From contig NC_045707.1 in NCBI RefSeq assembly GCF_009834535.1, positions 58,778,001 to 58,842,000 on the forward strand: a stretch of 64,000 nucleotides of DNA. Direction: 5' to 3'. The notes below the pieces were generated by a model. That model did not search any database, was not told where the DNA came from, and saw only the letters and a list, made by a program, of their open reading frames with translations. Positions within the stretch are counted from its first letter, which is position 1; every line of letters begins with the position of its first letter. This document shows positions 1-12,505 of this stretch, piece by piece. The DNA is from Camelus ferus. Its lineage: Eukaryota. The position numbers and the translations under genes are program-made.

Positions 1-1860
1 TGAGATAGAACACAAACCTATTGGACAGATTTGTTTAATAAGTGGATGAATTTATAAGAGTGTATAGTCGGTTTATTTCTGTATGATTTTAGTATTGGAG
101 ACCTATTGTGGTCAACTTCTCAGGGATAAAGATGCAAACAGCAGAATGAAGTTCATAACAAAGACTCATTCTGTAACATTATTTCTCCTATATACAGTGA
201 GAATCATGTAAACGGCACTTTTTCAGAAATCCAATACTTCAGTAACATGGGACTCCCAGTAACGATTAGTGAGATAATTTAATCACCTCCAATTTACTGC
301 AGAGAATTGTGTTTATGCCTAGAGAAAGGGTGTTAGGAATAACTGGGACCGGAGATGCAATTTGATTGGTTAATGAAGAGTCTAAGAATGATAATTGAAT
401 TGGATGGAATTCATTAGTTAGGACATTCAAGCAGATACTCGACAACCCCAATTATGTCCTGTAACATATGTAATCGTCACAATGTGATATATGTACTTCA
501 TTGTTGAATTAGGCATGTATGAAAGAGTGAGGCGCAGTCCGGCGCAAAGAGACATCGGCCCGAGACAGATTCCACCTCCGCGCCCAGCCCTCACCCAGTA
601 CCCTTGCTAACAGCATCTGTATAGCAGGGCACAAAAGCACAGAGGCAGATGCCACGGCATATTCTTTTAGAATGCAAGGCTGCTCAAGATCATCTATGGA
701 TAACGAACCATGACAACTTTGGATTTGATGAAGTACAAAACTCGAGTGGGAGAAAGCAAAACTGTGATGGAAGTGGCCAGTACCCCGCCAACTAAATTAG
801 CACATCAAGAGCATTAATACAAGTAATAATTTCAAAAGATATGACAGATCCTAATACTTCCTTTACTATCATAAAAACCCTAGTTTTGAAGTCAGAGATA
901 CAGTCCTGGAATCTTCCGCACAAATGCATTCCCCCCCGCAACCCCTCACCCACGCCGCATCACAAGATATGTAAGGGGACGAGGGGATGATCATCAACAA
1001 AACATGTCAACGTTTGTTTTTTTCCCAAATACCTTGATTAGAGAGTCGCAGTCCAATTTCCAGGAACGAAGCAATGGGCAAGTGAATGGTCTTCCCAAAT
1101 TCAGGCGACTGTCAAGCTCTTACTAGTTCTTGTTTTCCTGTTTTTCCTTGAGAGAGAATAGAAAAAAAAAATGCATAAAAAGAGCTGGCCTGCAACTCTA
1201 CTCTCGCCTTTGCTACTAACTGGGTATACAGACACTTGGTTCTGCGGTCCATTCATTATCCACATCCTGCTCTACTTCATCAATTCCTGGTTGCACTAGG
1301 TGCTCCAGGGTAAGAAGCAATAGGTATGAAACATGAGAACATAAAGAAAAATCTAGAAGAATAAATGTTTTAAGAAAGCAACTTTTTCGTATTTCTTCCG
1401 ACATACCCTGTTCTGTGGCGTTGCTCTCTAGAGGAGTAGCATGTGCCGCCACGGAAGGGCCCCAGTGGAATTCCCACCCGCAGGGAATCATCTCTAAGCA
1501 GTTCACACTTTGTTTTGCTAACAAGATGCCTCGTTAGGATACTGGAGTGCTAGCCTTCACTGACAATGTTACCCCCGCCTTTTAGAATTATTGAAAAGCC
1601 AACTGAGTCTATTTTGACTTGTGCATCTCTTTGTAAGCAACAGCAGCTGCAGCAGTGCTAATAGAAAGGAAAGGCACTGCTGTTTACCTACGAAGGACAT
1701 TGAAATACTCCATGTAGGAAAGCATCCGAGTTGTGGAGGAGCATTATCAAATATTTTAATAGCTCCCTTCCTTGCTTGCTTCTTTTGTCTTTTGCTCTTC
1801 CCTACTTTCTTTTCTACCTTTTTTTTTTCTGTCCTTCCTTTTAATCTTTCTGTTTATTTT

Positions 1861-2090
1861 ATTTTTAAAATTTTATTTTTTATTGAATTGTAGTTGATTT
1901 ATAATGTTAGTTTCAGGTGTACAGCAAAGTGATTCAAATAGACATATACATACATGTACATAGATATGTATTTTCTTTCAGATTATTTTCCCTTACAGCT
2001 CATTACAAGAAATTAAATATAGTTCCCTGTGCTATTCAGTAGGGTCTTGTTGTTTATCGCTTTTATATATAGTAATGTGTGCCTGTTATA
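1861..2090 (-). mobile_element. L1 3' end fragment (artiodactyl-type 3'UTR), antisense
   Basis: T-rich tail followed by 'tattgaattgtagttgatttataatgttagtttcaggtgtacagcaaagtgattca...agttccctgtgctat', the reverse complement of a typical L1 3' terminus. Confidence 0.85.
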
Positions 2091-3474
2091 TACCCTTTAT
2101 TTTGTTTATCTATTCTCTGATGCAGAGCAACCTATCTTATATTTGAGATGTTTAAATAATGACTTTAGAATATGAAATCTCTAAAAAACTAAGTAAAATG
2201 GCATAATTCATTTGCAAATGTACAAACACACAGGGGAAAACTGTAAGTTATCAGCTCCAGCTTGTAGCTCCAATTAAGAAGGGAAGCTTTGCAGATTCCA
2301 GTGGCTCTGATACTAATCAGACCATTCTGCTCTCTTCCAGTTTGAGTTTCAGTTCTCCAGAGGAAGCTAACATGGCAACACCCTGTTATCTGAGGATTCA
2401 AGTTTTCGTACTACAAGATAAATGAACACACAATCCCCTGCAGCTTTCATTATATTCTGAGTAGGATTTTATAGTTCCTCTGCAGTTATTCAGGAGTCCT
2501 CTTTGCCAACTAATGGACCAGAATCACTCTGGCATAAATCCACCTCGGAAAATCTTCTGAGGTTTTATGGGTTTGGGAAAACCTTAGTTGTTGGTTTAAA
2601 GGAACAGATGCTGCATAAGAGAACTTCATTTTACCTGGCTGAGACAGACAAGGGATGGTGGACTCCAGCTCGGTCTGCTTCCATTATAAGTACTTATTTA
2701 CAATCTATGATTCATTTAATGAATATTAATTGAGTGTCTGTTGTGGACTTTTTTTTTTTTTTTTTGGTTGGTCAGGTCTTGGGGATAAATATGAGAAAAG
2801 TTGGAGAGACAGATTAGGAAATAAAAGATTACAACAGATGGAGAAGTGGCACAGTGGAGATCTGAGGAATGGCAGGCACTGAAGATGGATTCTTCCCATC
2901 CTCGAGGAGAATTCAAAGTTCTCGCGTGAAAGAAGCAGAAAACATCACCAACCCTGTGTGTTTATATGCACACACAGGAGGTGAGGCGATCAAACAATAA
3001 ATTTCTGAGCTGTCTTGCTCCCTGGGATTATTTAATGGTTTTCACAATTGTAGCTTCTTTTCAACAACAATTCCAAGCATAAAATGACTTTTCCCACCAG
3101 AAAGCGTTAAAAACCTTTCTCCCATGGCTACAGGTCCCAGAAAGTATGTGATTTCTCAGAGCACAGCCCCCAGAGTCATTTTCTAAATGGCGGTGAGAAT
3201 ACATGAGTTGGTAATATACACCCATTTTGGAAGCCAAATAGCAAAGATTAAAAACCATCTGTCATTGGGACTATGAGCCTACAAGCAGGCAGCAGACTTC
3301 CAGCAGAGTCTGGGGCAGGAACAGTATGTATCACAGCTTTAGAAAAAAAGATTCAACTAGAATCATTCTGCTCAGTCATGTGGTTTGAAGGACATTACAA
3401 CCTCCCACCAGGACCACTTTACAATGTGTTACATAAAACTATGCATTGTAAACCTCAGACATGTTGGAAGGAAA

Positions 3475-4055
3475 TTCATTCCTTCTCTCAGCAACAATTT
3501 TCTCAATGCTTATTTGTGTCAGGCAGGGTGTGAGACATTGAAAATTCCTCAGCAAAGGAGACAAACAGCTGCCTCTAGTGCCCACCTCACCTCACCTCAC
3601 TCCACAGAGCTTGCAGGTCATGAAGGAGACAGAGGGTAAGGACACACACAGAGTATGTGTCATACATACTTAACATTGTACTAAGTTCCCAAAAGGACAG
3701 GTAAAGATGCTAGGAGAATGAGGCCCGGGGAGTCTCACCCAGAATTGGCTTCCTGGCAGAAATCACATTTAGGAATTAGCTGGATTTAGAGAAAGGGTGG
3801 GGTCAAGGGGAATATTCACTGTGGAAAAGTATATGTGTATAGTCCTGAGGCAGAAAGGAGCTTCCTATGTTTAAGGAACAAGGACAACCGAACAAAAGGT
3901 CAATGTGGTTGTAATGTCATGAGTATGGAGAAGCAAGATGGGTGTCAGCATTAGAGGCCGGCTTGGGGCGGTCGTTTCTAATGGTTCCAGGTGTGGGAAC
4001 CATGGGAAACCACTGAAGCATCAAAGCCCTTCAGTTACTCTTTGGATTATAGATT
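3475..4055 (-). mobile_element. L2 LINE 3' fragment, degraded
   Basis: Starts 'ttcattcc...caacaatttt...tgcttatttgtgtcaggcag' (antisense L2 3' end), followed by L2-like 'gtcctgaggcagaaaggagctt...gggaaaccactgaag'. Confidence 0.6.
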
Positions 4056-7000
4056 GGGGTGGGGATATTTATCACAATGAGAAAATTTTCTTTTACTTAT
4101 TCTTGGGAGTGAAATTTATTGTATTCATTTAAACATTAATTTTCTAACTCCCCGATGTTTAAGGTTTACTTGATGAGGTTTGGGGTTACTTGTTCTCTTA
4201 ACTTCTAAGTTATGCTGCATTTTATTTCCTCGTCCTTATCATTTCTCTACATAGATGCTTTCTTCCTCTCACCATCACCACCTCTTCAAAAACCTGTCAG
4301 AGCCAGAGTATTTTTCAGTTTGGTTGACTGATGCCTATCTAGTGCTTCAAACACCATTCGGCAGAAAACAGTAGTAACTCAACAAAGACATCTTGAATGT
4401 ATGAATCATTTAGAAAACTGTCTGCTGTCTGCAATGCAGCCATCATTTAATGTTATATTTCTCCCTAAGTTACTTTGATGGGAGGTCAACTTTCCTTGGT
4501 AAAGTGGAGCATATTAGACTAATAAAATGTGCTCCTGGTGATTAAAAAACAGTATTTATAGTTGTAGCTCATGGAAAAGGTGTAAATAAACCAATTTGGG
4601 CAAAGCACATGTATAAAAAATAAAAGATAAGGAAGTTAACTTGAAAGCAAAATACATTTTTTCCTAATGGATTTCTCTTAGACTTTAGGTTCAATAATTT
4701 TACAGTAAAATGCAGTCATTTTCCAGCAAATTCTCTTGATATTTTCACAAAACTCTAAATCCTTTAGTTATTATCAATTTAGAGATGGGTACAGATACAG
4801 GACTCTCTGTACAATTCATTTGACAGGCGAACTTGGAGGAATGTACCATTAACCAAAGTATATACTTCTAATTTTGTCAGGCCAAGATTATATTTTTATA
4901 ATACAGAATTCATAAAAGCTCATAGACAAAATAAAATATCTAATAAGCCAGGAATTTTAATAGAATGTTTCCACAGAGTGAGATTTTTAATTAACAATTA
5001 TTTTCTTCCATTGAACACATGTACTATAAATTTTAACTGGGTTAGATATAAATTGTTTTAAAGACCAAAGAGCTTAAATAATCTAGAGGAATGTATCTAA
5101 AGTTTTCCAAAAACAACTGCCAAAGATTATTTGCTTATGATGTCCTTACTTTTTACTTATGTATGTTCATTTTTTATTGTGTAATTTTTAAAAAACTAAC
5201 TTGAGTACTGCTTTAATATGGAAAACTGACATTACAGTAGTCAGTGTAAGTTTAAAGATTCAGTGAACCTTGATAAAGAAAATGTAAAAGATTAGTTTAT
5301 AATGCATTACCTCAAGTTTTTCATCTGATGTATAAGTAAATCACAGACAATATGCCAGCAGAATTACCCGAAACATGAAAATTGAAAGAAAAATGACATT
5401 TGAATATTCCTTATGCCAAGATGCCCTATAAGATAACTATGTAAGAAGAATTTTGTTTGCAACATGCAAAGGCAAAAAGTAGAGGAGAAAATAAGGCTCT
5501 TACTTGCACAATTCAAAAAAATTTTCCCTCTTAAAAAAATAATTTAAGACAAAATGTTTGCAAATGGTATTAGAAACACAGAATGCAAAAGTACTTTAAG
5601 AATTACTAGTACCAGTCCTTGGTTTTATTACCTATTGGTAGAGACCGAAGCTTCAAGAAGACAGCAAACCCCCTGAAGTATTATGTGAAATTGTATGCAT
5701 TCATGTATTTGTGCCTTTTCGCTAGATTCTCTAAAGGGGTCAATGACTGCCCTCCCTTAATAAAATGTTCAGAAATGGAAATTCACTTGCCCAAGTTCTC
5801 ACAATCAGAAGCAGAGCAGAAGCTGTCATTCATGTCTCTTGATTCTCAGTCCAGTGAATTAAAAGTACCCTTTTCATTACAGACTTCATATTTCCTTGCT
5901 ACAATCATAGTCCAACATAACACTTGACTTCTAGAATACAATGCTAAAGTAGCATAAAATACTTAGAAAAATAAGTTTTTGCTTTACTATTAGAAGTAAA
6001 ATGTCTTCAGATTTTTTTTAAAACAAACAAACAAAAAAATGCCAGGGAGAAATCCTTTCATATATTAGTCTCTGTGAGATGAAAGCCACAGAGAATTTTA
6101 TAGAATTCTTCTTTGTAAGTTGATCAGACAAAGAGAGTTTTAAGAACTTGGCTCTCTTGTCTGATTTAATCCACAAAACAATGCACCTACTTTCATCTTT
6201 TTTTCTTTATTTCTAAAACCTCAACGTAGAATACACCGTGAATTTTAACAACCTGTTTTGGTTCAAGTGATTGCTTTCAGTTTCTCTAGTCCTTTGTTAG
6301 TGAGGACAAATGAATATATTTATTTTTTCTTTTGTAAATATATTTTCAAGTTTGATATTCAGTTATTCAAAAGAGGTTTGGACTTCTCTATAAGATAAAT
6401 TTAGTTAGGAAAGGAATCTAGTCTATAGATTTGCTCCAACTGGCCATCCTGCACATGATCTATTGACCACTGTTAGTGGTTATGTTAAATTACTAGGTAT
6501 CAGATAGAGTGACACTAGCAACACTTGACCGCTGTGGGAATTTAGGTGTACCTAGATGAGCACCGACATGCTCTTCAGTTTTCTTGAGTTGCTTGTTTCA
6601 AAAGGTACTCTTTTAATACATTTTTCAAAGGATAATTTATTAACATTTGTGCTATTTAAGACATTTGAACTTCCAAATAGTTTAAAATAATATTTATATT
6701 GTTATATTTATAACTATTACTACTTTATTCTAAGTCCAATTTAAGAAAAAACGAATGAAATTGAAATGAAAAAAATGAGTCCTGTATGGAAAAAAAGCTT
6801 TTCTTGAGTCATATTTACCCTAAAGGACTGAACTGATTTTTCCCAGACTTAGTTTTTTGGTTGTTGTATTGGATTCTGTCTTCAGCACTTCCTAGCTATA
6901 ACCCCTATTCCATCATCTAAAAAAATGAATATAAAATTGTCCAGTAGTGCTACTGTAAGGATTGGATAACTTAATTCCATTGAAATGTTAGTACATAATA

Positions 7001-7286
7001 AGCCCTGTTGGGTTGGCTAGTCTTAACATTACTATTACTAACCTAATTATTCTTTTCAGTATCATTAACACAATTTCAAATTTAAAAACACAACAGCCTA
7101 AAGGTTCCCATTCTTGAATACTGAAAGTATATACAATTATCATATGTTGGAGTGTACATCAGTGTACTGATTATTGTTTTTAGTTTTTTATGCACATATT
7201 TCCTTATCTTGACTCCAAGTCTCTTAAGGGAAAGAACTGTCTTATTAATTCATCTTTTCCTTTTTCTTGTCATCTCTTCTTTCTTC

Positions 7287-7398
7287 TCTCATCAACATTT
7301 ATTTATAGAGCACCTACTTTGTGCTGTGCACTTTTGTAGGTCTGAAATTACAGAGACAAACAAGATAAAGTCTCTGCCTTCATGTTGCTTAAGTTCTT
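7287..7398 (-). mobile_element. L2 3' end fragment
   Basis: 'catcaacatttatttatagagcacctactttgtgct...gacaaacaagataaagtctctgccttcatgttgcttaagttct' matches the recalled antisense L2 terminus. Confidence 0.7.
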
Positions 7399-8939
7399 GT
7401 AAAACTCAATTGAAATTCTGTTACTATTGTTGTATTTGCTAAATTCAATACTAGTGCCAATGTTGGAGTGCCAAATAGAAAAATAAAGACACAAACAAAA
7501 TACATATACAGTAAATACTTTAGAAAATATATTTAAAATGCCAGAAATTATAAGATATGTAAACTCTAATCAAAAGGCAACAAAATCATGAAAAATTAAC
7601 AATAATGAAGGAAGAGTATGTTGACCTTGTTTGAATGACTCTGCAGTATTATCAAATAAACAAGTTCAAGTTTTTTTTTCATGTAAATAAGCACTAAATA
7701 AACCAGGTTATAGCTAAGTTGCAATAAAAAATTTATAATTTAAAAAGAAGCTTTCAACTTTGATGAGAAAAGACCCTATCAATTAAAAAAATATATAAAT
7801 TGTAAAAAAAAATTTGTTGGTATGGTGTATATGGTATAACAGTTATTTTGAACAAAATATTTAGTCCTACATTTTTATACACATTGTCAGTGTTGGAAGA
7901 ACCCAGGTATGAGAAAACCCAGATTTAAGCAAGTATAATGCAATAGAATAGGGAAGCCTCTATTGAAATAACTTGTGCATGTAACAATTAACCACAAACT
8001 TATGATTCTAAATTTCATAAGTTACCTATACTTTTTAAAAAATGACATATATTTTATGGGAAATAAGAAGATAACATCAATAGAAGACAACTGTATCAAT
8101 TTCAATTGAAAAATTAAGGTAACATTTTAACTGTTTCTGAAATCAGATGTAAAAGCAAATAAGTTACAAAACTTAAATCTACCCAAGAATCACTAGCATT
8201 CTAAGTCCATCAGTTACACTGGGAAAGGGTAGACTGGGATATTTATTTTTTAGTTCCTAGAATTATTTTACATTTCTAAAAGCATTGTGAACTAAAGAGA
8301 ACCACTCAAAAAACTGAAGTTAGAAATTTTACAAAGTTTATAAACAAGCCCAATTAATGACTGAACCATTATTCATGATATACAGGTACAATTTTAGAAT
8401 AACTGAGAAGAATCAAATTACCTTAATTATTTTCATGTTCTTTAAATATGTACATATGAATCAGTGAAACACGTTTACGCTGGAAGCTCTTAGAACTTTA
8501 GGCACAGTAAAGTAAGAAAATGTATATAATTATTTAAACCTACTATGTCAGAATATACCTATTTCAAACTAAAGTATTGTACTCAATACAGTGTCCTGTA
8601 CGAAGAGATAAACCATCAGTATATTTTGGTAGAGAATCTTGGATAATGAAGTTATCTGGCGATGTCTTTGATCTGCAGACCTCGGGTTACTGGTGTATTG
8701 CTGAGGGTAGTTGGTAGCAAATCACGTATCAAGTCTTTTCTATCCTGTGAAGGTGATAATACTGTTATCCCAGATAATACTATTATTCCCGTCTCCAACC
8801 TCATTTCTCCACACACCCTGCAGGTTTTACCGCACAGTCAAGTCAAACATCTGGAGGAAGTCAAGCTACTCCCTCCAGCCCCCGCTTGACTTGCTCCTGT
8901 TTCACTTCCTCGCCGTGGCCCATAAGCCTTTTCTGTCCT

Positions 8940-9385
8940 CATGGGCCTTCCTCATCTCTGTCTTCCTCACTCGGCTCCGGACTCACTGGCCATTCCTCCA
9001 GCTCAGCAAACCACGGTTCTATCCAGGTTTGTTTTATTCCTCTACCCCTTCCAGGGCCTCGTCTCTCTACCACTCATGATCTTTTCCTGAACATGTGCGT
9101 GGCTCCTCCCCTCACTTTATTCCAGCCAGTCTTTTATCAGATGTCACCTTTGTAGGGAAGTCTCCCACGGCCACCGTGCCCATTCCCCATATTTACTTTC
9201 TTTATAACACTTAGCAAGACCTGGTATCATAGACTTTGTTTATTTGCCCATTTGTTGATTTTTGTATCCCTCTGGCCACAGTGCATGAATGCAGACATTT
9301 CTGTCTTGTTCATGCCCATGATTCCAGCACCGTGGATAGTACCTGGCCTATATGGGCAATCTATAAACATCTGTTGAATGAATGA
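8940..9385 (+). mobile_element. L2a-like LINE 3' portion
   Basis: 'ggctcctcccctcact...atgtcacct...tctgtcttgttca...ccagcacc...tacctggc...aaacatctgttgaatgaatga', ending in the L2 (TGAA)n tail. Confidence 0.8.
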
Positions 9386-9771
9386 GTTCTTCCTGTTTCA
9401 GCTGAGATATTTTGTCTACTAAAATATTACTGAGTCCTACATTGGCATAGTTTCCTTAAAGTCTAGTTTAAGTGTCTGACCTAATCATCTGAGTCCATCC
9501 TGCACTATGCGTGACACAGATGAGGCAAGTCCTTAGTTATCTTTTAGGTAATGTATAAAGTGAAGGTCCTGTGCTTTCAGAATTCAGAGTAAATTAAGAG
9601 ATGATATGACTTATTCCTTCCAAATCTGTTATAAATATACATGGAAGACTCTCAGATTCAAAGATGAAATTTTCAGTGAAATAGTACAGAATATACATCC
9701 TCTTGAATTAATGTCATCCTGTTTCCTTGGGGATCGTCCATAAAATGTTCTGTGTTCCCGCTGTACACTTC

Positions 9772-9950
9772 AGAGATTCCAAAATTTATTTTGGGGTATT
9801 GCAGTTAGAAGTATTGATCCTTGTGAGAATCTCATGACTCTTCCCATAAAAATTTACATACACTCAAAATATTGTTTATGCTTTTAAGAGATCAAAACCA
9901 ACCTCAAGCCGCAAATAGACTCCTATTCTACTGACCTTAAGAATCTTTAT
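9772..9950. mobile_element. MER117-like hAT-Charlie non-autonomous DNA transposon, degraded
   Basis: 'ccttgtgagaatctcatg...cccataaaaatttacatacactcaaaatattg...ttaagaatc' resembles the recalled MER117 consensus. Confidence 0.55.
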
Positions 9951-10099
9951 TCTTTTTCTTCTCTATTTTTTTCTCCCAGTTTATGAACAAGTTCATTTTT
10001 CTCCATGCTAAGCCAAAATATTAATTCCACATCGCCTACCTTTTAAATTATATACTCACTTTTCTCTTCCCAACTATGAAATTTTCATAGTGAATGTTT

Positions 10100-10888
10100 C
10101 TATATTCACTTGAAAATACCTATTAAATCTTCAGCAGTCTGGCTTCCTTATTCATTAAACTCATCATGCATCTCACGGCTGTCAAATCCAACACCTAATT
10201 GTCAATTTTCAACTTCTCTACGTTATTTAGATTGCTAAGCACCATTTCACCATCTCACTACATTGGTTCTATATCAGTTCCCATACTTTTCAGTTTTTGT
10301 AGTTCTGTGTTTTATTGTTGTTTCTTTTTCTGCTTCCTTTTAACTATATGCTAGACCCAAATTTCTTCCTGATGGCTATCTCCTTATAGATGTCCTATTG
10401 GTATGTCAAACCTACAAACCTTAAATGAAATGTTACACATGTCCCTTACAGCTTTTTCTTATTTTGTGTTCCCTTGCTTTGTATCTGATAAGAAAACTGA
10501 AATTCATCTTTGACTTCCCCTAATTTCCACTCCCCCATCTGATTAAATGTCACATATTATTGATTGTTCCCCTGAAATTCCTCCCCTTCTAGTCTATCAG
10601 TCCACTGACTAATCCAGGCTCTTATCATGTTATTGCCTATATGTGCTTTAGTTTCATAATGGGTGTCTTCCCTTAATATCCTGCCACTCCATTCAAAGCT
10701 CCACAGCGCTCTGCCCTCTAGCCTGGCTCTTTATTCTACCAAATCCTTCAGTTGATGGCATACAAGTCTGCTTTGGCCATGAGATTATTAACGCCTCAAG
10801 GGCAGGAATGATATTTTAGCCTCTTTTACACCCTCCATAGAGTCACCTTGCCTACACTATGCACTTAATAAATGTTTGTTAAATTGAG
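10100..10888 (+). mobile_element. L2 fragments, old
   Basis: Pyrimidine-rich L2-like blocks ('tcatctttgacttcccc', 'tccaggctcttatcatgt') ending 'gcacttaataaatgtttgttaaattga'. Confidence 0.6.
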
Positions 10889-11361
10889 CATAAGGTATGT
10901 CAGAAAATATGTCAGCCTTCTGCTAGGCTGGCTAAGATGCCACTCTCCACTGTGACCGAAGAAATTAAAACTGCATCATAGTCCCTAATAGTTTATGCTC
11001 AAATATTAGCTAATATTTTTATTTATCATCCTTGATACCTAGTTTTTGAAGGAATTAGTCAATAATATACTGGAAGAATTAAGGAGAGTAGAAGCATATA
11101 TTGACTTCATAGTCATATGTAATTCAGAAATCAGTGATTATTTCACTTAAATTTCTCTCAGTAGTTATTTGCAAGATGAGGCTTATACGAACATTAATTA
11201 TTTGAATGTTCTATATATGTAAAAAGAACATAAGGGAGTAAGTACTTTCTCCAATATTATACCAGAAAGATATAATAACAGGGAATTAAATCACAACCTT
11301 GAGTTTTTCAATCATACCTTTGGATTCTGTCTAAGGCTCTGTAAGTACATAGATGACTTAC

Positions 11362-11388
11362 CTTGTCAATGTTTTAATTCTGACTTAT
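11362..11388 (-). other. Candidate 27-nt exon (non-coding or stop-containing)
   Basis: Minus strand: tcatttatttcAG|ATAAGTCAGAATTAAAACATTGACAAG|GTAAGT, a near-consensus donor. All three frames contain a stop. Confidence 0.3.
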
Positions 11389-11499
11389 CTGAAATAAATG
11401 ATATGATAGAACATTTGACGTATTTATTGTGAAAAGCTGAAACTGTGGTGTAAGAGGAGACTACTCTCTCCAGATTGCTAGGCAAAATTAATTAGCAAG

Positions 11500-11727
11500 G
11501 TAGTATAGCAGAAAAATTATAGGTCCTTAGAATTAGATCTGGAATTCAATTTCAACTGTAACATGTACCAGCTCAGGAATCTTAAGAAAATTGTTCCAAC
11601 TCCAGTGTTTTCTCACCTTTACAATGGTGATAATGTCACCAGTCTTAGAGTTATGGGATAGGATGAGATGAAGTATGACAAATGAATGATTAAAGTATAT
11701 ACATGTTTTGTGCTCAGCAAATACGGT
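11500..11727 (+). mobile_element. MIR SINE
   Basis: Degenerate MIR core 'gtgttttctcacctttacaatggtgataatg', ending 'tgctcagcaaatacggt'. Confidence 0.6.
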
Positions 11728-12269
11728 CCTTTCCCAATTCTCTGTCTTCTAACAGAACATAAAGTAGACACAGTAAAAAAAGTAAATTCTGAATTAGTAA
11801 ATTAGGGTTCATTATATTCATTTATCCAAGAATATTTATTGGTGATCTCCCAGGTTCCAGGAAACATGGTATCTTAGGCAATAGACTCTCACATAAGGGG
11901 CTTGAAGAGCAATCTTGGTCCGAGTGTCAGCTCCAGAACGTATACTGGCAAGTGGCTGACCCCTATTTCTCACTTGTGAAACACTCAGAAGGTTGGTAAC
12001 TGAAGTCATGTTCAATTTACCAGGTATCCACCTCAAAGATGTTAAATGTTACTAGGACTAGGTGTAGATTTGGGAGGGAAACACAAACTTGATTTGGATT
12101 TAAATATCTGGTATTTGAAATACCGAGAGGTCAACCAAGCACAGAAATCTGGCAGGAAGCCGGAACAGGGGATGGTAGACTACACGCTCCAGGAGAGCAG
12201 GGGTTGGGTTTCATTTGCTCAGTACTGTATCTCCTTGCTCATACCATCTGCTCCATCAGCGATAACAAC

Positions 12270-12505
12270 ACTGACAACAAGGTATCTAATTAAACACTTA
12301 TTATGTGTCAGGTTCTAGTCCAAGAATTTTACATATGGAGTTAACCTTCACAATCATATTACAGAGTATGCATTTTCCATGTTTTCACAAGAAAATTGAG
12401 GCATGAAGATATTAAATAATTTGTACAAGGTCACATAAGCAGTAAGTAAAGCTGACATTTACATCCAAGCTCTTTGGCTTCAAAGCCCAGGTTCTTAACT
12501 ACCCT
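12270..12505 (-). mobile_element. MIR SINE
   Basis: 'ccttcacaatc...aagaaaattgaggcatgaagatattaaataatttgtacaaggtcacata...caaagccc' is the antisense MIR core. Confidence 0.75.

Noticed and set aside
1216..1524. Protein-like minus ORF (…QPGIDEVEQDVDNEWTAEP…)
   Set aside because: Non-ATG start, no recognised homologue and no good donor site
8662..9155. Three overlapping plus-strand ORFs
   Set aside because: Mostly pyrimidine-rich L2 sequence that is poor in stop codons
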